Counted from the first letter of the stretch, positions 9,254-16,970 are shown. The stretch is 64,000 nt of DNA from Oscillospiraceae bacterium (GCA_015065925.1 SVPL01000003.1:18422-82421); one strand, 5' to 3'. The notes: generated by a model from the sequence alone, not told the origin. Numbers and translations are program-made.

Positions 9254-9299
9254 TCCGTTAGAAAAATGCATTTTTCAACATTTTTTAGGAGGAATTATA

Positions 9300-12200
9300 A
9301 TGAAAACCTTATTTAAACACCAAAAAAGCACATTTAAGCGCATTTTCAAAAAGCACAAGCTTTTACTGCGGAGCATAGCGGTAACCCTTGTGCTGACTTT
9401 ACTTTTCACCTCTTTGCCTATGGACGGAATTATCGCCCTTGCCGAGCAGGCGATTGAAGATAGCAAGCTAATAACCGTTGTTGAGGAATTAGAGGAGTAC
9501 CGCACTGAATTTTCCAAAACCTACCTAAAATCGGACGGCACTCTGGAAGCTGTTGTTTCCTCCAACCCCATTCATTTTAATGAGGACGGCGAATGGGTTG
9601 AAATAGATTCCACACTTGAAACCGCCGAAAATGAAAAGGGCGAGGAAATTTTACAAAACAAAAAAGGTTCCTTTAATGTTGAGCTTCCTGCCGAGCTTCA
9701 AAACAGCTCAGAAATCGCTATTGAAAAGGGCAAAAACAAAATATCCATTAAGCTTTTGGAAACCAAAAAATCCAAAGCCAAAAAGAATAACGAGAAAAAA
9801 GAAAAATCCGAAAAACTAACCAAAGCTCAGCGCAAGCGTATGACCGCGGGCGAGCTTTTTGAAGCAGATAACAACCAATCCTCCGCAGTTGAGTACACCT
9901 CCGCATATAACGAAACCAACATCCGCTATGATGTTACCCCAAACGAGGTTAAAGAAAGCATTGTATTACAAAAAGCCCCCAACAAAAAGGCTACATACAG
10001 CTATGAAATCACCGCCGACGGTCTTACCGCCATTTTAAATGAGGATAACAGTATAGACTTTTTTGAAGGCTCAAAAACGGATGGCGCAGAGCCTGTTTTT
10101 TCTATGCCCGCCCCACATATGTTCGACTCAAATGACGAGTATTCGTACGACATTGTAACCACCCTTGAAAACAAAAAGGGTAAATACATTTTAACCTACA
10201 AGCCAAGCTACGAATGGCTAAAATCCAAAGACCGTGCATATCCCGTAACCATCGACCCCACCGTAACAATCAACAGCGGTATTCAGGATTCCTACACCTT
10301 TTCGGGCGAGGGCTACGGTGATTCCTACACAGGCTATGAGCAGCAGCTAAAGGTTGGCACCACCGCCTGGATTGCCCCTAATGATTATTGGCAGACCTAT
10401 TTAAAATTCACCGACCTACCCCAAATCCCCTATGAAGATTACCGCATAGACTCAGCCTATTTAATGCTAACCCCTAAAGCCACAACGGGTAATTGGCAGG
10501 AAATGGAGCTTGGCGTTTATGAGCTTACCGAGGATTGGAAAAACCACCAGACGGGCAAGGTTGCAGAACGCATAACCTTTAACAACGCTCCCGAGGATGT
10601 GGGCTACTCTACCGCAACGGCAACAGTATCCCGCGGCGGCGCAGATAACGGTGTCGGCGTAGGCTTTGAAATCGCCCACCTTATGGAAAAATGGTACGAA
10701 AACCCCGAAGAAAATTTCGGTATAAAGCTTGCCGCCCATTTGGAGGCCAGTCAGTGGAACGATAACCTTGTTTTCCATTCTTCCCGCTCTACCACAGGCA
10801 CCGCTCCATATCTTTCACTTACCTATACCGAGTTCGTACCTGTAACCGGTATTGAGATAATAGGCAAACCCGAAAACAATAAAATTTTTATTGATGAAAC
10901 TTTAAGTTTAACAATAACAACAACTCCCGAAAACGCTAGTGATAAAGAAGATATTATATCCAATGTTGTTTGGAGTTCCGATAACCCCGATATTGCTGAA
11001 ATTGATTCTGTAACCGGTGACGTTATAACAAAAGAGCTTGGAACCGCAACAATTACCGCTACTTCCGGTGAATACACTGATTCCTTTACACTAACCGTTA
11101 GGGAACATATACCTGATGAAATCTATTTGATGATTTCTGATAATTATCGCTTATTTGAACATGAGCAATATTACATTAGTGTAGCTACATTTTATCAAAA
11201 CAGCGGTGTATATGCAGAAGTAGAATATCATTCTAATAATCCTGACGTTGCTTCTGTTTCTGAAAACGGAATAATAACAGCAAATTCTGTTGGTACTGCA
11301 GTTATAACGGCTTTTGCAAAAGAAGCTCCGGAAGTTAAAGCAACTGCAACAATTACCGTTGTGCCTATACAGTCTGCAGAAATTGTAAATTTACCCGAAA
11401 ACAATTCTTTAGATGTTTATAAAAGTCACCGTTTAGACCTAGAAATAACTGCTGATAATTATAGTGCCATAGAGGGTGACCCTGCATTCATTGGTAGATA
11501 TGCAGAATTTTTTGATTGGAGTTCAAGTAATCCTGATGTTGCAACAATAGATGCCGAAGGCGATATTCAGCCATGCTCAGTAGGAACTACAACAATTTCT
11601 GTGAGCCGACCTAATGGCGGTGAAGTGCTTGACAGTTTCACTCTTACGGTGTATTATATAGATGCAACGGGTATAGAAATAACAAGCTATCCTGAGGATA
11701 AAAAACTAGAGTTAAACAAGTCAGTATATTTGTACGCTGCTCTTTTGCCCGATAACGCCTCTCAACCCAATTATGTGTGGAATTATCTGTATTGGGAATC
11801 AAGCAATACAGATGTTATAACAGTTGATGGGTACGGCATGATAACCGCAGTAGGCTATGGCACTGCAAATATAACGGTTGAGTATGAAGGCTTAACCGAT
11901 TCAATAGAGATTACTGTACCATATTACCCCACAACAGAAGTAGGTTTTATTTTTAGCGATTCTCCACACTCGTTATATATTGACGATACAGTAAGTTTTT
12001 GGGGTATAGTTGCGCCATCAAACGCAACAGATCAAAGAACAAGATGTACTTCATCAAATCCTAATGTAGTTAGTGTTACCGAAATTTCTGATACAACATC
12101 TCCTAATAAAACAGTTAGCTATCAACTTAAAGCCGTATCAGTAGGTACAGCAACTATTCGCCTGGAAGCATATAACGACCCTACCGTTTATGATGAAATT

Positions 12201-14450
12201 ACTGTTACTGTAGAATGGCGAGAAGCTAATTACGAGTATAATTTGACCGAAGACTATATTTTTCTAGGCACTTCTCGGCAGATACTTACGCCTGGGGGAG
12301 CAGAATATATCGTTTCAATAGAAGACCCCACCATTCTGTCGACTGATGGCAATGGAAAAATCACTGCGCTAAAAACAGGAACAACAAAAATTACTATTGG
12401 AACTTACGGCGTTACAGGCGCAAAACCGCACGAATGTACCATTACAGTGCTTAGCTATACGGATTTCAATTTTTTCAACATCCCTATGGTAACTTATGGT
12501 AACTCCTATGCTATGACTGAAAACAAAAATGTAGAATTGCGCACTGATGATACTGATAAAGTTGAAATAAAAGACAATAAATGGATAAAAACCATAGATA
12601 TAGGTTGGGCGTCGGTGGATGTTTATTATCACGGTGTTTGCATACACACAATTGATTTTTATATAATAGAATCCATTGCTATTGTGAATAAACCCGAAAA
12701 CAACACCATAAAAGTAGGAAAACCCTATGAAAGCCTAGGCGCAAAAGAAATGCCAACTGATGTTTTGGCAGATGTTGAATGGTATTCAGGTGACGAAAGT
12801 ATAGCAGAAGTATATTATGATGTAAAAAGCGGTCGGGTTATTTTAACCGGCAAAAGTCAAGGCTCGGTTTGGATAGGCGCAGAGTCATCTGACCCCGCTA
12901 ACCCCGCCAGTGACGGTTTTTGGTTATATGTTGATTTTGATGTAACTAGTTTTTATATTGATTATTATCCCGATAATTCCTCTTCAGAAGATAATATTCT
13001 CTATATAAATGAGAGTGGCGTTTTTCAAGCAGATATATATCCTAATCCTAATGTATATTACAACAACATAGAATGGTATGTAAAAGAAGGAGATAAAAAC
13101 TGCATTAGATTCAAATCTATTATAGAAAACGGAGTTATAAAAAAAGATACTATAAAAATATATGCAGCGAAGGCAGGAAAAGTGGAAATCAGCGCCATAA
13201 TTGATAATTATATTGAGGCTGAGATAAGCGTTTCTTTAGAAATAAGGAAACCATCAAGCATAATTACTGTTCCTGCAAATCATATAATTAAAATTGGAAC
13301 TAAATACACATTTACTGCCGATATTATGCCTGAATACGCCATAGGAACATGGAGTTCAAGTAATACTAATGTAGGCACTATTGACGATAATGGGGTTTTC
13401 GAAGCATTATCAAACGGGGAAACAGAGATAACTCTTTTATATGAAGTTGGTGGTAAAACTTATTCCAATACCGTTAAGATTTGCGTATCGGATGTTAAAA
13501 TAACTAATGTTCCCGGTAACAGAGTTTTATTTGTAGACGGTAAACGAGCTTTAAATGCAAAGGTTTATCTTAGTAATACAACAAGCGAAGATGTTGTTTG
13601 GGCTACAAGTAATTCTAGCATTGCTACTGTTGATTCTAATGGAGAAATAATAGGCAAAAGCGCTGGAGAAGTAACAATAACAGCCAAATATAAAAATGAT
13701 ACTTCTCAAAAGGCTTGGGTTACTATAACGGTTAAAAAAACTAAGAGTTATTACTATTATTTAGATGAAGAAGGAAATGGTGGCAATCATAAACGACTTA
13801 TTAGAGCTAATGTTGAAAAAGATGTAATTGCAAATTCGTATTATGGTGGAAAAAATTCTTATATCGAAACCATCGAACTTACAAGCGAAGAATCGTTTAA
13901 AAATTCGTGGAATAGTTTCGGAAAAGATGGATATGATGTAGGTTATGTAATTATAGATTGTCATGGTAATGAAGATGGATTTGGGCATAAAAACAGTAAA
14001 GTTGATTTTTATATAAGCTACACTTTAATTTCAAAATTGGAATACAAAGAGATGCAAGGGCTTATAGTGCTTGTTTGTAGTGCTGGTAATTTAGAAACAT
14101 TAGAAAGAGAAGATGAAAATCTTTCTAGTGCGTTTGCAAAAAAACTTGCAGGAATACCAGTAATTTCAAGTGATGCTACCGTGTGGTGTAAATACGATAG
14201 CGATAAAGATGAGTATGAAAATTTAAGTACTTTTGATAACCTTAAAGGTGAAAAACCAATAGTGTCCAATAAATCGACAGTAGGTTGGTTGATTTATTTG
14301 TACAGGCAAAATAAACTTACGATTTACAAACCTAATCAAAAAGAAACCAAGCGGGGCGGCATAAAATATACAACTATGCTTTGTATGTCGGATTTACTAA
14401 CCGAAGTGACTAGTTACCCAAACAGAGAAATCTATACTGTGGTTGATTGA
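9300..14450 (+). CDS. Giant secreted protein: signal peptide, DNRLRE-like domain, about eleven Big_2 (bacterial Ig-like) repeats, and a C-terminal His/Cys domain of unknown function
   Basis: 1716 aa. The N-terminal signal has h-region SIAVTLVLTLLFTSL and cleavage site ALA-EQ. SSNPDVA..G.a.ITA motifs recur through the repeat region. No LPXTG, SLH or other wall-anchor motif was seen. Confidence 0.85.
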   Translation: MKTLFKHQKSTFKRIFKKHKLLLRSIAVTLVLTLLFTSLPMDGIIALAEQAIEDSKLITVVEELEEYRTEFSKTYLKSDGTLEAVVSSNPIHFNEDGEWVEIDSTLETAENEKGEEILQNKKGSFNVELPAELQNSSEIAIEKGKNKISIKLLETKKSKAKKNNEKKEKSEKLTKAQRKRMTAGELFEADNNQSSAVEYTSAYNETNIRYDVTPNEVKESIVLQKAPNKKATYSYEITADGLTAILNEDNSIDFFEGSKTDGAEPVFSMPAPHMFDSNDEYSYDIVTTLENKKGKYILTYKPSYEWLKSKDRAYPVTIDPTVTINSGIQDSYTFSGEGYGDSYTGYEQQLKVGTTAWIAPNDYWQTYLKFTDLPQIPYEDYRIDSAYLMLTPKATTGNWQEMELGVYELTEDWKNHQTGKVAERITFNNAPEDVGYSTATATVSRGGADNGVGVGFEIAHLMEKWYENPEENFGIKLAAHLEASQWNDNLVFHSSRSTTGTAPYLSLTYTEFVPVTGIEIIGKPENNKIFIDETLSLTITTTPENASDKEDIISNVVWSSDNPDIAEIDSVTGDVITKELGTATITATSGEYTDSFTLTVREHIPDEIYLMISDNYRLFEHEQYYISVATFYQNSGVYAEVEYHSNNPDVASVSENGIITANSVGTAVITAFAKEAPEVKATATITVVPIQSAEIVNLPENNSLDVYKSHRLDLEITADNYSAIEGDPAFIGRYAEFFDWSSSNPDVATIDAEGDIQPCSVGTTTISVSRPNGGEVLDSFTLTVYYIDATGIEITSYPEDKKLELNKSVYLYAALLPDNASQPNYVWNYLYWESSNTDVITVDGYGMITAVGYGTANITVEYEGLTDSIEITVPYYPTTEVGFIFSDSPHSLYIDDTVSFWGIVAPSNATDQRTRCTSSNPNVVSVTEISDTTSPNKTVSYQLKAVSVGTATIRLEAYNDPTVYDEITVTVEWREANYEYNLTEDYIFLGTSRQILTPGGAEYIVSIEDPTILSTDGNGKITALKTGTTKITIGTYGVTGAKPHECTITVLSYTDFNFFNIPMVTYGNSYAMTENKNVELRTDDTDKVEIKDNKWIKTIDIGWASVDVYYHGVCIHTIDFYIIESIAIVNKPENNTIKVGKPYESLGAKEMPTDVLADVEWYSGDESIAEVYYDVKSGRVILTGKSQGSVWIGAESSDPANPASDGFWLYVDFDVTSFYIDYYPDNSSSEDNILYINESGVFQADIYPNPNVYYNNIEWYVKEGDKNCIRFKSIIENGVIKKDTIKIYAAKAGKVEISAIIDNYIEAEISVSLEIRKPSSIITVPANHIIKIGTKYTFTADIMPEYAIGTWSSSNTNVGTIDDNGVFEALSNGETEITLLYEVGGKTYSNTVKICVSDVKITNVPGNRVLFVDGKRALNAKVYLSNTTSEDVVWATSNSSIATVDSNGEIIGKSAGEVTITAKYKNDTSQKAWVTITVKKTKSYYYYLDEEGNGGNHKRLIRANVEKDVIANSYYGGKNSYIETIELTSEESFKNSWNSFGKDGYDVGYVIIDCHGNEDGFGHKNSKVDFYISYTLISKLEYKEMQGLIVLVCSAGNLETLEREDENLSSAFAKKLAGIPVISSDATVWCKYDSDKDEYENLSTFDNLKGEKPIVSNKSTVGWLIYLYRQNKLTIYKPNQKETKRGGIKYTTMLCMSDLLTEVTSYPNREIYTVVD
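10248..10835 (+). other. DNRLRE-like domain segment of the giant protein
   Basis: TIDPTVT..DSYTF...YLKFTDLPQIP...IDSAYLML...NAPE...FGIKL matches my recollection of the DNRLRE domain pattern. Confidence 0.5.
10836..13737 (+). other. Array of about eleven Big_2-type Ig-like repeats (protein-level repeats)
   Basis: A roughly 85-90 aa periodicity. Each unit starts with G/N-x-PEN/PED and contains W-S-S-x-N-P-D-V/I-A...G-T-A-x-I-T. Confidence 0.75.
13738..14447 (+). other. C-terminal domain of about 235 aa with a putative His/Cys dyad (clan CD / C80-CPD / CHAT-like pattern)
   Basis: YVIIDCHGNEDGF (His codon 13962-13964) and GLIVLVCSAGN (Cys codon 14076-14078). Each motif follows a hydrophobic strand, and they are 38 aa apart. 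Confidence 0.4.
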
Positions 14451-14461
14451 AGGGAGTTATT

Positions 14462-15328
14462 ATGAAAATCAAAAAAAGTTTACGCTTAATTGTAATTTTA
14501 GTTTTAATACTTCTTATTTGTTTTACTGCTTGTAGTAGTGAAATTGACATTATCAATATAAATAATTCCTCTTTTGAATCCGCTTCTACACTTTCTGAAA
14601 ATGAAAATAATACATCGTCTTTACAAATCACAACTTCTTCACAAATTGAGGTTTCTTCAAAAGCTTCTAAACCTACAACATCAACATCCTCAAATATTTC
14701 AAGTTCAACATCTTCAAAAACGCTAAAAATTTTAAAGCCTAAAACAATAGAGGAAGCCCTTTTGCCTTTTTACGAAGATTACGATAAAATAGAAAGGTTT
14801 CCTGCAAAAAAAGTCCCTAATATGTCAAAAACAGAATTTTTGAAGTTTGTAGAAAAAATTTATGAAATCGATTTGCCTGATTTTACAGTTTTTGAACCAA
14901 ATGGAAGTGTGTTATTCAGGTATACACTTTTAGACAAGTATACATATGATGATTTAAGCATCGGCACTATAATTAAAAACCTTGTGACTTATTATACAAA
15001 ATCCGAAATAGACGCTGTTTTAAAACAGGCTCAAGAAAATGAAAAACTTGGATGGGGATTCCAAGGAGATAGAGAAGATTTTTTAAATGAAAATAAGCAA
15101 GAAATGGAAAAAATAGTAGGAGATTTATCGAATAAAGAGTATTATCAATTTGATTTGTGGTCGCCATCCCGAGCACATACTAATATTCAACGACGTAGAT
15201 TTATTTTTATTATGAAAGAAACTGATAATAGATATATAGTTATTTTTAGTGGAGAAACAACTAATTATGATTTATATAACGGAACGTTAGAAGTCCAACC
15301 TAATGGTTCGGCAAAAGCTATCAGTTAA
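14462..15328 (+). CDS. Lipoprotein with a Ser/Thr-rich linker and a C-terminal domain of about 190 aa and unknown function
   Basis: Lipobox LICFTAC-S. AGGGAG RBS. The ATG lies 12 nt after the giant-gene stop. The linker is low-complexity and Ser/Thr-rich (TSSQIEVSSKASKPTTSTSSNISSSTSS). Confidence 0.75.
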   Translation: MKIKKSLRLIVILVLILLICFTACSSEIDIININNSSFESASTLSENENNTSSLQITTSSQIEVSSKASKPTTSTSSNISSSTSSKTLKILKPKTIEEALLPFYEDYDKIERFPAKKVPNMSKTEFLKFVEKIYEIDLPDFTVFEPNGSVLFRYTLLDKYTYDDLSIGTIIKNLVTYYTKSEIDAVLKQAQENEKLGWGFQGDREDFLNENKQEMEKIVGDLSNKEYYQFDLWSPSRAHTNIQRRRFIFIMKETDNRYIVIFSGETTNYDLYNGTLEVQPNGSAKAIS

Positions 15329-15357
15329 TCTAATGTACCAATCAAACAAAAACAATA

Positions 15358-15638
15358 AAAAAACAGGGGACGGTTAGCGTGAAACCAAAAAAGCAGTAAA
15401 ATAGCAAAAAGGCACACTAAACCAAGCCGGAATATTCCCCCGATTGTGAAAAGACAGGGGACGGTTCTCTGTCTTGTTTCTAAAGAACAATTTGAAGAAT
15501 TTAATGCAAAAAACACAATCGAAACCTGCTTGGATTTAGAAGAGAAAAAGTTTGTTAAAGGATTGACCGGCATCGGCAAGGGATTGGTTGAAAAATGGCT
15601 CAAAATATAGCAATGACATAGAACCGTCCCCTGTCTTC
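15358..15638 (+). repeat. Long copy of a hairpin-ended intergenic repeat, carrying a nested 18-bp perfect inverted repeat and a start-less ORF remnant
   Basis: 15358-15405 matches 16228-16275 with 2 mismatches in 48 nt. AAGACAGGGGACGGTTCT at 15451-15468 is perfectly inverted at 15621-15638. Confidence 0.8.
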
Positions 15639-15676
15639 TACCTAAATATTTAGAGCAATTTTAAGGGGGCGCACAA

Positions 15677-16213
15677 TTGAAAAAAAGGCTTATTATTGTT
15701 ATATGTGTACTGTTGTCTGTTATACTTGTTACAGGGATAGTGTATACTATATTTATAAATATAAATGAGAAAAAAGTTATTTCAGAATTTGAAAGATTGG
15801 CAAAGGTTGAACTTCCTAATTCCGTAGAAATATTGGAAGGTGCCGAAATCTGTAAATATAAAAACGAAAGTTTAGGCGTTCATATTAATATGAAGCTTTT
15901 AAAAAAAGATTATATTAATATAAAAAAACAGCTTGATTCAAACGGTATTAAATGGAAAAAAGAAATAACAAATGAAATGATAAAAAATGTACAAAAGCTC
16001 CGAATAAAAGAATTAGGTTGGAATGGCAATGATTATGATGCTTATTATAATATTACCGTTACAAACCGTTACGGAACTAATACTTTTGCAAGATTAATTA
16101 TTTTCTTTTCATCCGATGGGGGCGAAACATACACATTGTATGCAACATTATCCGAGCCGCCACCGGGCGAAGAACGATGGGACGCATCCGAAGTTAATGA
16201 TTATGGATATTAA
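15677..16213 (+). CDS. Membrane-anchored (N-terminal TM) extracytoplasmic protein of unknown function
   Basis: TTG start with an AAGGGGG RBS 7 nt upstream. TM helix LIIVICVLLSVILVTGIVYTIFI. 178 aa. It shows weak collinear motif similarity to the preceding lipoprotein. Confidence 0.65.
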   Translation: MKKRLIIVICVLLSVILVTGIVYTIFININEKKVISEFERLAKVELPNSVEILEGAEICKYKNESLGVHINMKLLKKDYINIKKQLDSNGIKWKKEITNEMIKNVQKLRIKELGWNGNDYDAYYNITVTNRYGTNTFARLIIFFSSDGGETYTLYATLSEPPPGEERWDASEVNDYGY

Positions 16214-16227
16214 AAAATCAAAAGGCT

Positions 16228-16300
16228 AAAAGACAGGGGACGGTTAGCGTGAAACCAAAAGAGCAGTAAAATAGCCAAGACATAGAACCATCCCTATCTT
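16228..16300 (+). repeat. Short copy of the same hairpin-ended repeat
   Basis: The AAAAGACAGGGGACGGTTAGCGTGAAACC...AATAGC block is followed directly by the inverted arm GACATAGAACCATCCCTATCTT. Confidence 0.8.
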
Positions 16301-16301
16301 A

Positions 16302-16356
16302 AAAAAATCCTTCTTAGGCTGTGGGGGTTTAGCACCCAACCTAAGAAGGATTTTAA
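16302..16356. terminator. Long hairpin terminator (bidirectional) between the 15677 gene and the XRE gene
   Basis: AAATCCTTCTTAGG (16305-16318) pairs with CCTAAGAAGGATTT (16340-16353), flanked by A and T runs. Confidence 0.75.
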
Positions 16357-16357
16357 T

Positions 16358-16567
16358 TTATTCCTTAACATATTTTATTATGTCCTCAACATCACAGTTT
16401 AAAATTCGGCAAAAATCGTCTATTTTCATTGTGCTTATGCCATTACCCTTTTTCATACGATCTATGGTAGCACTGCTGATGTTATATTTATTAATAAGCG
16501 TGTATGTTGTAATGTTTTTTGCCTTTAATGTTGCCCAAAAGGGTTCGTAGCTTATCAACAATACCAC
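16358..16567 (-). CDS. XRE/Cro-type helix-turn-helix transcriptional regulator (69 aa)
   Basis: The HTH pattern NITTYTLINKYNISSATIDRMKKG is typical of small Cro/C1-like regulators. Confidence 0.8.
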   Translation of the reverse strand: MVLLISYEPFWATLKAKNITTYTLINKYNISSATIDRMKKGNGISTMKIDDFCRILNCDVEDIIKYVKE

Positions 16568-16604
16568 CTCCTATATAAAATAAGCATATATCCAAAATAT
16601 ATAC

Positions 16605-16633
16605 TTGACAATAGTCATAATTGTGACTATTAT
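16605..16633 (+). promoter_or_regulatory. Promoter of the Cys-rich small gene, with a 20-bp near-perfect palindrome (candidate XRE operator) filling the spacer
   Basis: TTGACA (16605-16610), 17-nt spacer, TATTAT (16628-16633). The palindrome ATAGTCATAATTGTGACTAT (16611-16630) has one non-complementary base pair (9 of 10 pairs complementary). Confidence 0.6.
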
Positions 16634-16654
16634 ATATACTGAGGAGGCGTTGTT

Positions 16655-16855
16655 ATGAATTGTAATAAAAAGGTAACAGTAACTTGTTGGTATTGCAAAT
16701 TTCATAATCTGTATTATGAATTGATTGAAGATTTCAATTATGAGGGCTACTGCGTTTTGAAAAATATTTCAAAATCAGGATTAGATAAAATTTGCGAAGA
16801 ATTTCAAATAAAGCCTTGTATTCATACCTCAAAATATTATCCCAGTAAAAAATAA
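16655..16855 (+). CDS. Small Cys-rich protein of unknown function (66 aa, 7 Cys)
   Basis: GAGGAGG RBS 7 nt upstream of the ATG. A CWYC pair plus further spaced Cys and His residues suggest metal binding. Divergent from the XRE gene. Confidence 0.5.
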   Translation: MNCNKKVTVTCWYCKFHNLYYELIEDFNYEGYCVLKNISKSGLDKICEEFQIKPCIHTSKYYPSKK

Positions 16856-16886
16856 GACCAAAAGGCAAAAAAATCACCCTAAACTA

Positions 16887-16915
16887 TTGATTTTTTAAAA
16901 TCAATGTGGTATAAT
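16887..16915 (+). promoter_or_regulatory. Sigma-A promoter of the rimP-nusA-infB operon (extended -10)
   Basis: TTGATT (16887-16892), 17-nt spacer, TGgTATAAT (16907-16915). The palindrome ATTGATTTTT/TAAAATCAAT (16885-16904) overlaps the -35 element. Confidence 0.65.
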
Positions 16916-16938
16916 ACCAATGTAAGATGTGTTAGAAA

Positions 16939-16970
16939 GGAGAGTGGGGCAACCCGCTCTCTACTTTTTG
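16939..16970 (+). promoter_or_regulatory. Leader hairpin plus U-tract (terminator-like attenuator) upstream of rimP
   Basis: GAGAGTGGG, a GCAA loop, then CCCGCTCTC, followed by ACTTTTT. It lies about 20 nt downstream of the predicted transcription start. Confidence 0.5.

Larger units (their letters stand above)
10850..16880. other. Low-GC compositional island
   Basis: My spot counts of single 60-nt lines give about 48-62% GC at 10.44-10.68 kb. They give about 30-32% at 11.1, 12.96 and 14.7 kb, and about 45% again at 17.1 kb. Confidence 0.6.

Noticed and set aside
10836-13737. Big_2 array considered as a DNA tandem repeat or a diversity-generating retroelement target
   Set aside because: The repeat units are diverged at the nucleotide level, with no template repeat and no reverse transcriptase in the window.
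15325-15603. 92-aa minus-strand ORF covering the intergenic repeat
   Set aside because: It lies entirely over the hairpin-ended repeat and its nested inverted repeat. It has no RBS, and its hydrophobic translation is what a palindromic AT-rich element would give by chance.
15358-16300. Idea that the hairpin repeats after consecutive small genes are integron attC sites
   Set aside because: There is no integron integrase and no attI. The repeat ends do not carry the RYYYAAC/GTTRRRY core pair. I kept the repeats as a finding only as an unexplained repeat family.
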